Source: Octopus sinensis (Eukaryota). From it: a stretch of 64,000 nt of DNA. How positions within the stretch are numbered: position 1 is the first letter of the stretch; each line of letters begins with the position of its first letter. The stretch is taken from positions 78,492,001 to 78,556,000 of the forward strand of contig NC_043003.1 of the NCBI RefSeq assembly GCF_006345805.1, given 5' to 3'. The position numbers and the translations under genes are program-made. Shown here one piece after another: positions 37,855 through 50,769 of this stretch. Under the pieces are notes generated by a model. The model had not been told where the DNA came from. It was given only the letters and a program-made list of their open reading frames with translations, and made no database searches.

Positions 37855-38092
37855 ACAAGAGCAACAAGAGACAAACCTCGCCAACAACATCACAGACTAA
37901 CACTTGCAATAACAATAAGCGGAAAATGATTAAACGAAAAAAAAAGGTAGATGCAAAGAAATGGTTTTGAAGGTTTTGAAGCAATGCTTGGAGGCATCCC
38001 AGTGAAATACAAGGCTGTCAGGTTGGTTCTTCACTGAATCTTTTTACAGTTTCTCTAACTTTCTCTCTCTCTCTCTTTTAATATCTCTCCTC

Positions 38093-38119
<27 letters not shown>

Positions 38120-38123
<4 letters not shown>

Positions 38124-38279
38124 CTTCTTGGTCTCTGTTGGTATATGCCTCTCTCTCTCTCTCTTAGTACTTTTCTCTAAGCTGCTCTCTGAGCTTAGAC
38201 CCTTACTGTCTCTCAGATTTCCCTCTTAATCAATGTCACTCTTTTCTGAAATCTCTCTTTTGCTCTCTCTCTCCTTCCT

Positions 38280-38317
<38 letters not shown>

Positions 38318-38455
38318 CCTCTTAGTCTCTGTTGGTATATGCCTCTCTCTCTCTCTTAGCACTTTTCTCTAAGCTGCTCTCTGAGCTTAGACTCTTACTG
38401 TCTCTCATTTTTCCCTCTTAATCAATCTGTCACTCTTTTCTGAAATCTCTCTTTA
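38120..38455. repeat. Tandem duplication, period about 194 bp
   Basis: GTCTCTGTTGGTATATGCC starts at 38131 and 38325; each copy is preceded by (CT)n. Confidence 0.85.
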
Positions 38456-38639
38456 TTTTCATCACATCTATCCCCTTCTCATTAAGTTACTTCCAAAACT
38501 TATTTCTTGGCCGAAATGAAGATAATTGTTGTATGTATGTATGTATGTATGTATGTATGTATGTCTCTTGGCAATCCCTCAAGGTCGAGGATGATGGTCT
38601 TCACGCACATGTATGTATGTATGTATGTATGCATGTATG

Positions 38640-38701
<62 letters not shown>

Positions 38702-38942
38702 TGTATGTATGTATGTATGTATGTATTTATGTATGTGTTTATGTATGTGTGTATGTATGTGTGTGTATGTATGTATATGTGTATGTATGTATGGGTATGC
38801 ATGATGCATGATGCATTATGTGTGTATGTACGTACACACATACACACAAACACACGTGTGCAGTTTCTTGTGTTTATCTGATGGAAAGCTGTAAAAATAT
38901 AACAAAATTTTGGTGATTTATTATGGATCTAGCAAACCGATA

Positions 38943-40644
38943 TATGAAGACGGGCTGAAAAGTCCATTGGTAGACTATGAAGGTGAGATGTAAGAGTTGT
39001 GAAATGCATTCTTACATGCATTAATTGCGACTCTACTTATTAATAACTGCATTGTTTCTTTCCAGGTACACTGACCTCTGGTCGTACAAATACGACTTCA
39101 AAGTAACTAATAGCGCAGTAATGGCTGTGTGGTAAGTAGCTTGCTAACCGACCACATGGTTCCGGGTTCAGTCCCACTGCGTGGCATCTTGGCAAGTGTC
39201 TTCTGCTATAGCCCCGGGCCGACCAATGCCTTGTGAGTGGATTTGGTAGACGGAAATAAAGAAGCCTGTGGTATATATGTATATATATATAAGTGTGTGT
39301 GTATATGTTTGTGTGTCTGGTGTTTGTCCCCTTAGCATTGCTTGACAACCGATGCTGGTGTGTTTACGTCCCCGTCACTTAGCGGTTCGGCAAAAGAGAC
39401 CGATAGAATAAGTACTGGGCTTACAAAAAATAAGTCCCGGGGTCGATTTGCTCGACTAAAGGCGGTGCTCCAGCATGGCCGCAGTCAAATGACTGAAACA
39501 AGTAAAAGAGTAAAAGAGTAATAGCGATTTGTCTTGAAAATGGACAAAATTTGGCATCGTGATGTTATCAAGTAGCTTCTTATCAAGTAGCTGCGGGAAA
39601 AGAGTTTACCGCCCAAAGACAATAATGCTGATAGGGTTGCTACGTTAGGAGATGATGCTCCAGCTTTATCAACAGTGCAAAAGTGGGCAGCTGAATTTAA
39701 GAGGGGAAGGCAGAGTCTTGGAGATAACCCAAGATCTGGACATCCTCCAACTGCCCCCCTCTCCCCCGAGGGAAACATTGATTGTATTGACCACATAATG
39801 ATGGATAACAAGAGATTGACTATAAATCAAATAGCCAATGTTATTAACATATCCCGTGAGCGAGTTGAGGATACACAGCCCAATGATCTTGACATGAAGG
39901 TTTCCGCTCGATGGGTGCCACATCTTCTGTTACCTGATCAAAAGCACATCACGGGAAAATCTGACATTGTTTCAGGCAGATTCAGCTGGTTACTTTGAAC
40001 GTTTTCTAACTCTGAATAAATGTTGGGTTCATCACTTTGATCCAGAGACAAAGAGACAATCAAAGCGGTGGAATCACCCCTCCTCACCTGCTCCAAAGAA
40101 GGCCAAAATTGTTTAATCTGTTGGAAAGGTGACGGCCTCAGTTTTTAGGGATGCTAAAAGCATTGTGTTTATTGACTATCTTCAAAGGGGCCACACCATC
40201 GATGAAGAGTACAATGCCAGCTTGCTGAGATAGTTACGAAAGGCTACCAATATCAAACCCCTAGGGAACTGCCGAAAGGAGTTTTGTTTCACCAGGACAA
40301 TGTTCCTTGGCTTCAGTGACTGCTGTGAGTGACTGTGGATTTAAACTGGTTGACCAGCCTCTCTATTCTCTTGATTTGACCCCATCTGACTAGCATCTGT
40401 TCCTCTATATGAAAAATCACTTGGATGGGAACCAGTATCGCAATAATGATGACATAGCTGCTGTAGATGACATTTTTTGATGAATAGGATGAAAGCTTCT
40501 TCACCAATAGTGTCCAAGCACTGCAACACCGATGGAAGAATTGTGTGGACTGCAAGGATGACTATGTTGAAAAATAAACCTCATTTGGTCACATTCCAAG
40601 AGAGTATCTTGGTTAAGCTATGAACTTTTCAGTCAACCTTTGTA
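38943..40644 (+). mobile_element. Near full-length decayed mariner (DD34D) with a SINE-A inserted in its 5' region
   Basis: TIR core CTGAAAAGT(C/T)CAT at both ends; MDKIWHR...TVQKWAAEFKRGRQSL...WVPHLL...FHQDN...YSLDLTPSD; multiple stops. Confidence 0.88.
39116..39518 (+). mobile_element. SINE-A with 8-bp TSD
   Basis: TAATAGCG at 39108-39115 and 39519-39526. Confidence 0.9.
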
Positions 40645-40898
40645 TGTATGCCTTTTATCTTTTATTTGTTTCAGTCATCAGACTGCATCCATGCTGGGGC
40701 ATCACTTTGAAGGATTTTAGTCAAACGAATCGACCCTAATACTTATTTTCTTTTTAGCCTGGTATTTATTCCCCGGTCTCTTTTGCCGAACCACTAATGT
40801 TACGGGAACGTAAACACAACAGACCGGTTGGTTCTCCAAGGCATAAAAAAGGCACTCGTATATTAGATAATAAAGTGAGTATATTATCAATAGAGGTG

Positions 40899-41058
40899 CG
40901 CTGTTTTCATTTTCAAGTTTATCACTACAGATTCTATATAAAGTTTGATCGCATATTTTACATCGATGCATTCGTATACGAAACGTCGTAACTTTCAGAA
41001 CTGGCTCTGAACTCTACAGAAAATCTGTAGTGATGAACTTAAAAATGAAAACAATGCA
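40899..41058. repeat. Small inverted repeat (MITE-like)
   Basis: TGTTTTCATTTTCAAGTTTATCACTACAGATT pairs with AATCTGTAGTGATGAACTTAAAAATGAAAACA. Confidence 0.65.
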
Positions 41059-41904
41059 CTGCTAACACTAAAGTAAAGCACAATATTGACTTGTAAACCT
41101 TTAATATACTATACTTGGTAGTATATTATGGTTGCAAAGTGAAATACTGAGCCCTTGCTAGCAATTAATTATCGATAAAATATAATAAACCTGACTTCAT
41201 AATTTGCCGAATGGTGCAACAGGAAACCCCTTCAAGATCAGAGTCAGCAAGCACAAGTCCTGTTTTCGAGTTCAGGAAAGACATAACGTCACTTGCTCCA
41301 AGTGTAGAAAGGCAAATTAACAGTCATCAGACATGTGTGAATAGATATAGTGTAAAATAAGACCTTTTTCACCGGAGGCTTGTAAACATTACGCACGGTT
41401 TATGAGTTTTAATGAGGGTGTGAGACAAAAATTGAATAAAACGAAAGAACGGAACGAAACTCAGCATTGAAAAAATACGGACAAAAGAAATCAAGACTAG
41501 CCCTTGAGCCAATTAGAATTATGTTCTTTAGATTAGTGCTTATATTGGGCAGCGTTCTTTTCTTTTTGTTCGTTCTACAGCCATATGCTTCGCCAATATT
41601 GTGACGTTACACATCTAAATTTTAATTTTAAAAGAGGGTTTGTGATTGTTGAGTCTGGTCTTGAAGAGGCCTCCGGTTGCACACATTTACTTCTGTACCT
41701 TCGTCACCCCGCTGGAATCCTTTGATATTATTCTCCCTCATATATGACAGCTTCTCTGTCATTTTCACTGTTTAGTTGGTATGTAACGTTATCTCTGTAT
41801 GAGCAGCTTGCCTCTGTGTTTGATTTGGGTCTGTTTACTAAAACAATAGCTACCATTTGAAATTTATCTTCATATTCCTATTTATAGTTGTATTTTCTAC
41901 ATGT

Positions 41905-42316
41905 ATAAGAAGAGTACAGGAGGCGATCGAAAAAGCCAGCTTCTATATATGGCTGAAGCGGGAAAACGAAAATGGCTTGAAAGTCATAAACACGCCGACG
42001 GGAAATAACATCATTAGGTGAGACAAGCTGACTGACAGGTGACGGTCGTTTAGAAAAAGTGCGGGCTAAAACTACGCGCCTTCACTAGTCAGTTAAGGTG
42101 AGACAGTGTCACGTGACAGCTTGCTGGGGCTGCCTGTTGGAGGCTATGCCGCAGGTATTTAAAGGGAAAAAAATTTGACAAGACAGTCAGTCACCGGCTG
42201 ACACTCGCTGACGATACATCGAAAAGGCCAGGGAACAGAAGAAAGAAAAAGAAAGAAGACATGCACCCAACACCAGAGCTGAAGACACCTCGGAAAGGGG
42301 GGGACGCCACGTCAAA

Positions 42317-42330
<14 letters not shown>
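41905..42330 (+). mobile_element. 3' end of a HERO/NeSL-like RLE LINE (last codons plus 3'UTR)
   Basis: Translates VQEAIEKASFYIWLKREN, resembling the C-terminal AEKxSxW(I/L)WLxR motif of HERO-type elements. Confidence 0.5.
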
Positions 42331-42365
<35 letters not shown>

Positions 42366-42941
42366 TATAGTTGAAATTTATAGAAAAACAGTATGATGTA
42401 TATATGTGGGCGAAAGTTATCTTTGTGTATGTGGCGTGTTGCGTGTGTATGTATATATTGTCTGTGTTCAGGCATTATGTGCTTGCGAGGGCTTAGGAGT
42501 GTAATGAAACTTTGTGATGTGTGTACTGAGTTAAACAGTGTGTTGAGCTGCTCATAGTGTGGTATGTATGGTGACACTATTGAAGATAGGATGTAGGTGT
42601 GTGGGTGTGGGTGCTGAGAAGTGGTCAGTGCTAGTGTGTGTGGAGTGGTGTAGGGTTGGTGTCAAATGAAGTGAGGAGTTGAAGTTGGTGTCAGATAAAG
42701 AGAAAAGGTGAGTTGAGGCGATAAGGTGCAAAAGAGCGAAGGGAGAAGATTAATCTCTATTCACGGCGAAGGCGGGAGTTCGGGTGGCCCCTGTACAAAC
42801 ACAGTCCGAACACAACACAGACAGATGTTGTAGCGAATGACCTGTAGAGCGGAAATGGGGCGAGACCAGGTTGTCATTACTGAGTCTGATGTCTCGATAT
42901 ATATATATATATTATATATATATATATATAATATATATATA

Positions 42942-43006
<65 letters not shown>

Positions 43007-43142
43007 ATGTATGTATGTATATACAGAGAGAGAGAGAGGGAGAGAGAGAGAGAGATCCAATATAGGAAGAATCAACAAAGAAATATTCCATTCAGTGAAA
43101 GATAAATATCAGCAATTTAACACACAACCGAAAGAGTTTAGC

Positions 43143-43592
43143 TTGGAGTTATTCCCATGCCTTCTTTGACAAGAATAAAGTTGTCAGCACGGCTAATGAC
43201 CTTTTCCGTCAGAACGAGAATATCTTTAATTGGTAACAATCTTTTTGCGGTTCATTGTATCAGGTATACGGTTGTGTATTAAATTGATATGTGTATGTGT
43301 GGTCAACGTTGTATAATTATATATGGAAGATACACTTCAGAAATAGTATACAAACCCCTGTTATAAATATCTATACTGTTTGGTTTCACAAAACAATATT
43401 CTGCAAACAATCGACTAAATCTTGCGTATGTTCGTGTTTTGAGTATTGTATAGTTATGTATTTATCTCAACATACTTGATATAATGAACCATAAAAGATT
43501 GTTACCAATTAAGGATCTACTCGTTATAACGAGAAAGGTCATTAGCCGTGCTGACAATTTTATTTTGTTAAAGAAGGTATGAGAATAAGTCC
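43143..43592. mobile_element. Foldback/MITE-like element with arms of about 130 bp
   Basis: TTGTCAGCACGGCTAATGACCTTT...TAATTGGTAACAATCTTTT...GGTTCATTGTATCAGGTAT on the left has its reverse complement at about 43463-43592. Confidence 0.7.
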
Positions 43593-44767
43593 AATTTCTA
43601 GCTTGACTAAAAACTAAACGGGGTCATACAGTGAACAGTTTAACTGTAGGAAGTTGCAAGTTTTAACTAGTTTGATCATTAAAATAAGTTATTGCAAAAA
43701 TTTGACACATATTGTATTTTTGTTATATTTATCGGTGTTATGATGTGCGATATGCACTTGAAATTTTATTTTGTTTACATTTAACACCGGTTGGAAATAG
43801 CAGCACTTCTCTGGTGCTACTGATGCTTAGATGTCTCGGAATCTATGAGTGCTATATTTAGACTTATAACAAACAGCCAATTGCATTAGAATTGGTTGAA
43901 GTAGAAAATTATCTGTTAATGCTAATTGTTGTCTATGTGTGACTCTTTTAATGTTCATTAACTGTTTGTCATTTATAAGAAATATGTTTATATAAACGTC
44001 AGAAAGACATCAACTATATCTACAAGTGCTTTCTCAATAGTCTTCTACTCTTTTAGACTATTTGGGTACTACACTGTCTTTCTCATACATTCGCTTGTAA
44101 AGGAATCCATTTCAACAATAAAACATCCAAATCTTGAAAAATTTAGTCTCGACATTTCTGGCAGCCTCTAAAGAGGAAACTGTCTGTCTGCCGTGAAATA
44201 CCAACCATCGTTGATATCTCTATAAAATACCACTGTATACTATAATTACTTAGTGACACAGTGAGTTAGATCCGCCTACAATAAACTTCTTTTTCTTTAT
44301 GACGTGTTCGTAACATTACCTACGCCAAGAAAATAAAAACAAACATTAATAAATGTCATTCTGCGTGGCAGTCAGTTGGTTGGTTTCTGGTTAACGGTAC
44401 TATGTCATGTCCGTGGTTAAGGTTGTAGGTAGTTGTTAGTATCCAAATCTGTTTAGCTCCAAGTAGATACTGCAGAGTGGTAGAGACTCACTAGTGTGAG
44501 AAGTAGCATCACTGGGGAAATTCGCAAGTATTTCAGTGATGCATTCTATCCAACACCACGATGTTTAGAAGTATAATTTTAATGCAACCTTGTGACATGG
44601 TAGTTAATATCAATGTGACATTCCTACAAGAGAAAAAGCGTTCCCCACCTCTGCTATAGTGGAAAATACTAACCCACCCATGGGGCTGCACATCGCAATT
44701 GAAAGATATGTTTCCAAAGTGAACTTTATTATCGCATAACCGAACCAGCAAAAATGTATAAATAACG

Positions 44768-44922
44768 ATGCAAGCGCAGCTGTGTGGTAAGAAGTTTGCT
44801 TCCCAACTACATGGTTCCGGGTTCATTCCCACTGCGTGGCACCTTGGGCAAGTGTCTTCTATAGCCTTGGGCCAACTGAAGCTTTGTGGGTGGATTTAGT
44901 GGATGGAAACTGAAAGCCCATC

Positions 44923-44965
<43 letters not shown>

Positions 44966-45170
44966 CGTGTATGTGTGTGTGTTTGCTTCTGTGTGTCTGT
45001 GTTTGTCCTCATCACCAATCGACAACCGGTGTTGGTGTCTTTATGCCCCCATAACTTAGCAGTTCGGCAAAAGAGACGATAGAATAAGTAGTAGGCTTAA
45101 AAATTAAGTCCTGCTGTCAATATGTTCGACTGAAACCCTTCCAATGACTGAAATAAGTAAAAGATAAAAT
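44768..45170 (+). mobile_element. SINE-A, diverged
   Basis: Head, (TG)n and tail match the family. Confidence 0.85.
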
Positions 45171-45600
45171 GAATAAATAAATAAATAAATAAATAAATAA
45201 ATATATAAAAAAATAAATAAATAACCACAAACCTCTCAAACAGATCTGTTGTTGTTTCCAGCTTGTTTATACGCATATTTATCGTAAGGTGAATGACTTA
45301 ACACAGTCATAAAGTAGAATTATACATACTCTTATAATGAGTATATCATCACCAAAGTTTTCGGAATGTAGTCTTTTGTCTGTTGTATTTTTATTTCGTT
45401 ATATATTGTTCCATGCACCGCACGATCTCCCGCTGCTCTGACTGCTACTTAGTAATTCTATAGTCACTCATAGACCAACCAATGCGAAAATTAACGTGCT
45501 TTTGCGAACTTAGATTCTTTAGTCTCAAATTTCAATTTTCTGATTTTTAAGGTAAATTCTTTATTTTTTTTTTTTTTGCATGAATTTTTCTGTTATCTAT

Positions 45601-46248
45601 CTTTTATCATTTATTTTCTATTTGCTTCAGTCATTGGACTGCAGCCATGCGTGCGCATCGCCCTGAAGGGTTTTTGCCCAACAAATTGGTCCCAAGTCTG
45701 GTACTTATTCTGTAGTTTTATTTTGCCGAACCACTAAGTTACGGTGAGGTAAACGAATCAACACCGGTTGTCAAACGGTGTTGAGTCGACAGACGCAAAT
45801 ACAAAGACACGCACATATGCATAAACACACACATACGTATACATACGCGACGGGCTTCTTTCTGTTTCTTATTTCTTATTTCTTTATTACCCACAAGGGG
45901 CTAAACATAGAGGAAACAAACAAGGACAGACAAACGGATTAAGTCAATTACATCGACCCCTGGTACTTATTTAATCGACCCCGAAAGGATGAAAGGCAAA
46001 GTCGACCTCGGCGGAATTTGAACTCAGAACGTAATGGCAGACGAAATACCGCAAAGCATTTCGCCCGGTGTGCTAACGTTTCTGCCAGCTCGCCGCCTTG
46101 GGCTTCTTTCTGTTTCTGTCTACCAAAATTCACTCACAAGGCTTTGGGCTGTAGTAGAAGTCATTTACTCAAGGTGCCACGCAGTGGGACTGAACCCGAA
46201 ACTTTAAGGTTGAAAACAAACTTCTTACCACACGGCTATACCTGCGCC
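45601..46248 (-). mobile_element. SINE-A interrupted by a SINE-B (45870-46099) with an 18-bp TSD
   Basis: GGGCTTCTTTCTGTTTCT at 45852-45869 and 46100-46117. Confidence 0.88.
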
Positions 46249-46789
46249 TGTTATGATGTTTCTATAGCAATTTCTGTCTCCTCTGCTTTGATGTCATTTT
46301 GTTTACGATTCTCTCCAGGATTGTAGTCAAATATAGACATCATATATTGTTGTGTTCCGCTCTTTTTACTCCCACAGCCAATATTTCCGTCCCCCCGCCC
46401 TACAATCACGCCCCCCCCCCACCAAAAAACAGTTGTGCTTGTTTAAGGGTTCGCTCTGGTGTTGCAGAAATTACTAAAACCAGCTTGTCTAAAAATTGAT
46501 TTTACTCTCAACGATTAAGAAGCAAAACTGACGCAGACATGAGTCTGATCTTAAAAAGTTGATATAGTAACAAATTGTTTCAGGTTCCGACCCCATCGCA
46601 TATATACAGCATCCCTTGGCCAAGTGTCCTCTAATTTAGCCCCCACCCCATCCCCTGTTAAACAATGTCTTCCGAGTGAGATATGGTAAACGCAACTGTA
46701 CTCTGTTTGTACGTGTGTGTGTGTGTGGAATGGGGGTGACAACTCTTCTGTCACCTGCAAGAAAAAAAAGAGAAGCATTAAGGAGAAGA

Positions 46790-48070
46790 TTGATCATTTG
46801 TACGTTGTGTTACGGCCGACAAGGTCTATTCTGGTTGGGAAACGTGTTTTACAGACCACCTACCCAGTATGTTCACTTAGACCAGGGTTGTTAGGGCAGG
46901 GTTTGCGAGTTTCGCTTTTGGGTTGTTTCATAATATTCATTTGGAGTCCCTAGTGTTAGTTACCTTCCAAGCAGACCTATCTTAAACAAGATCTTCTCTT
47001 GAGTTTAGGTTGATCTAGGAGGAGTTCAAGATTGTCCTCTCTCTCTGCATCTAGTTTACAAGTTTCACCAACACTGCGACTTGCATTCGCCAACTCAAAA
47101 TAGAAAATTGCTTTTGGCAGCCTAGAATCAGGCATTCTTATGTATCCAGCCCAACGCAGCTGGATTTGTTTGGGCTTGGCAAAGAAAATTGGTGCATTAG
47201 AATGTCTGAGAACCTCTTTATATTTAAATTTTATCGTGCCACTTTATGCCTAGAATTTTCCTAAGACGAGACATATGGAAATGGTTGCATTTTTTAGCAT
47301 CAGATTGTTACACCGTCCAAATTTCAGCTCTATAGAAGAGATCTAAAAAGATGTGAGCATTTTAAACTTTCATTATTGTATCAATATGAATATTTGATCT
47401 GTCTCATATTGTGTGATGTAGTTTTCTGAAATGTGCATTCACCTTACCAATACGTAAAAATACTTCAGCATCGCTGTAGAAATTTAAGTACAGTGTTCTT
47501 TCAAGATAAAGTTGCCTACATTTTTCAGCTCGGTCTCAGTTACTTTTATTCTAGCAATCCTACACCAACCTGTCCTGAGACAGGTTGATGTAGGACTTCT
47601 ATTTTTGCAGTACTGATAAGGGGGTCAAAGTTGTTGCAGGCCTTTCAGAATTAAACCAACACATGTTCGAATGTTGTAGGTATCGTGCATAAGCAATCCA
47701 TAATTATCAGCAAACAAATGTTTACGGGTGTTTGCAATTTGTGAAGATTGGACAATTTTCCGCCCCAGCTCTACTTAATGTCAATTCTAGATGCAGGTAT
47801 TCTGAAAGCCTGCAGCAAAATAACAGAGAAAAGGAAGGGAATAAGACAAAACCCTGCTTGATATCATTTGTGATTGAAAATTGTACTAATATGTCTCCAT
47901 TACTCCCAGTTTACCATCATGAAATTGATGCTCCAAACACACGAACATGGGCGGACAACTGTATTTCGCAAGGTTTGTCCATAAATCAAATCGACTGTGC
48001 ATTGCACTGATCTATCCACGCGCACGCGCGCGTAAAAGATTAATAAGGGATTAATAATCCTGGCGAAATA
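46790..48070 (-). mobile_element. Old RTE (BovB-like) LINE remnant: RT core to C-terminus
   Basis: AKYSCPPMFV...QFHDG; KIEVLHQP; DAEVFLRIGKVNAHFRKL; QLRWAGYIRMPDSRLPK. Confidence 0.7.
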
Positions 48071-48269
48071 TGTCTTAAACTCTCTATTGATAAAAATACA
48101 TCAGGCTAACAAAAAGTCTTGTGATCGGTACTGTACACCAGATAATCCCAAATAAAAGTCCATCACTAGTCAAATTTGTAAATCCACGGTCCCATTACCA
48201 AGTTGAGATAGTATGTTGTTTCAGAGTGATTCAGAGACAAGACAAAAATAATGGATTATATACATTTAC

Positions 48270-48406
48270 TTATTTAAGGCTTACAGCCGTTTCAGATGTA
48301 CGTTTAGGTTGGTTCATGGTTCAATTTTAAGAATCAATTGATTCATTGACTGAAAAAATATGTGAAACCGCCACCCTAAGATATCTTCTTCAGAGCTGCA
48401 ACAAAC
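48270..48406 (-). ncRNA. Type I hammerhead ribozyme motif (Penelope-type), catalytic core intact
   Basis: Minus strand GCU-CUGAAGA-AGAU...(about 85 nt)...AUCU-GAAAC-GGCU-GUA-AGC. Stem I GCU/AGC; stem II AGAU/AUCU extended by UUAGG/CCUAA; predicted cut after 48282. Confidence 0.65.
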
Positions 48407-48485
48407 TAGCACGACGAGCCAAGTTATGATAAAACTTCAAGATGTACGTTAATCTGTAATATTCATCAATAATTAAACACAAAAT

Positions 48486-48716
48486 ATATTCTGTTGTGTC
48501 TGGGGAGAGTCATTTTCCTTTTGTGCCATATAATTTAACACACTCACCGGAAAATTTTCCATTTATTTCTTATAGTCAAGACTATTGAAAAGGTTGCAAG
48601 ACACAACGAAAATTTTAGGAAAATAAAAATAAGAAATAAGTAGAAATTTTACCGGCGAGTGTGTTAAATTATAAGTCACAAAAAGAAAATGACTCTCCCC
48701 AGACACAATAGAATAT
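48486..48716. mobile_element. Inverted-repeat MITE, 88-bp arms
   Basis: 48486-48573 versus 48629-48716 reverse complement, a few mismatches, 55-bp spacer. Confidence 0.75.
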
Positions 48717-49485
48717 GCTTCAACACACGAACTCACATAAAGAATCTTGCAAACCAAATCCAAAAACGAAACAAAGTATATTGTTCTCCAGAAACATGTA
48801 TTGGAGCTTTTGCCTCATAATTATTTGATATTCGCGTATGTGTATATAAGAGCTCATTGTTATATGCGTGTGAGAGCATGTGAATGTGTACATACACACA
48901 TCCACATCCACGTCCACTTGTGAGCACGCGCGCTCACACACTCACATGCGCGCGCATACACACACATCCGTGTGTATAAGCGTGTGCCATTATGCGGATG
49001 TTATGTAATATATAAAGCATTATATGTATAAACATGTTGCCCGTTACATATGTGTGTGTGTGTGTGTGTGGTTTGGTGTGTTTGAAGTATGTACTTCTAT
49101 AAACGACTATTTATATGTGTTTGAATGAATGCGCGCGTGTATGTTTGTGCTTGTGTGTATGTAAGCGTGTAATTAAGGCAATTAGTTGTACTTGCAGCAT
49201 TGTGCTCGAAAACTAATTAGTTACTCAAGCTTGCTGTTCGGACTAAAGGGAAGACACACACAAAAAAGTGGAATGTAAGTTCTATTGACATCTGGGGAAT
49301 TGCTTAAATAACACAAACAACAAGAAAGATTCCTTTGATAATCACATTTCTGCTTTTTAAATAAAAGTCTTGTTTAGTGTAAACTAACTCACATCCACAC
49401 AGACTCACATAAATTCTTGTGGCTATACGTGCAACAGATAAGCCTTAAGTACATTTATATATAACCCTCACGCTTCTGTGTGTGT

Positions 49486-49531
<46 letters not shown>

Positions 49532-49659
49532 TTATGTATGCATGAATGTGTTGTGTCGATATATATATATATATATATAAATGTGTGGTGTGTTTAGTTA
49601 TGCAAGTATATATATGTGTGCATGTGCGCGCGTATGTACGTATAAGCACACACACACAC

Positions 49660-49698
<39 letters not shown>

Positions 49699-49839
49699 TA
49701 CACACACACACAGATGCGTTAATAAGGAACTGGGAGAAAGAATATTCAATACCGAAAAGGTGGATAGTAAATTCTTTAATGGAATTCTACATGGCCTTAG
49801 CTCACGAACTGAAACTAAACTAATAAAAGAACACACACA

Positions 49840-49914
<75 letters not shown>

Positions 49915-50512
49915 GTACAAGCTTATGCACCCATATATCTGCTTGGATATGTCCAAATAGGTCTCTGTTAAACACATTGTCTTGGCTTCCAAACCTGTTC
50001 GAATTTTCAAAGTTTATAACAATGCTTCAAATTTCACCTTAAAAATATAAATTATTTGAAATATTCCAGAATCTTTTACCAGAAGTTGGTAGGAATTCTT
50101 GTCACATTTTCTGTTATAATCGAGTGTTTCGTGGGTGAGATATAGTAATTATACTATTAATTTAACCACTGTCTCATTGACGGGAAGTTACTGAAAGCTG
50201 TTGCTATCACTGCTACTATATCCGTTTCACAGAAATCTTATGGGGGAAGAATTGGAAGTTCGTAAGATAAAGGGAAAACAGCCAACAGCAGCTGGTTAGA
50301 GAACCAGTAGCAATATATTTGGTTTCTATTACAATTTTGTAAATTCGAAGTATGTGTTAAATTTGAAAAAATTCACTTAGAGATAAAGAAACAAGACAGA
50401 AGAGAGGTGAGAAAGGAAAAGAAAGAAAAGGAAATAAAAAGAAAAAGGGTGGGATGGGGGTAAAGTAGTTGAAGATGGAGAGGGAAGGGGTGATGGACCA
50501 CATATCCTAGAA

Positions 50513-50769
50513 CAGTGGTTCTCAAACTTTTTCGGGTTGCATCCCCTTGGCATCCGGGCCCCATTCTTAGCGCCCCACCTCCATTCACCATTACAAACGC
50601 AAACCACTAACTGAAGCAAATTCAAAATAACTGTACTTCACAAATAAAACTTAACCTAATTAACCTATTATTTTGTTGTTTTTGGCTACCCCTATTTTCC
50701 TTCAAGTTCCCTGGATTTTTCCACCGCCCTCAGCGGGAGGGACAGTACCGCCCACTTTAGGAACCAATG
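50513..50769. mobile_element. Non-autonomous hAT (Charlie-type) element
   Basis: TIRs CAGTGGTTCTCAAA / TTTAGGAACCAATG; 8-bp TSD TCCTAGAA/TCCTAGAG resembling NTCTAGAN. Confidence 0.8.

Noticed and set aside
37725-37984. Poly-Q/A/T ORFs (MNLMSPVLFASPQQQQ...)
   Set aside because: Short CAG/CAA-repeat frames; the longest poly-Q frame is preceded by TAA, and there is no recognisable homology.
42200-42310. CTGACGA...GAAA and CTGAAGA...GAAA in the HERO-like 3'UTR
   Set aside because: No stem II or III pairing and no NUH cleavage triplet.
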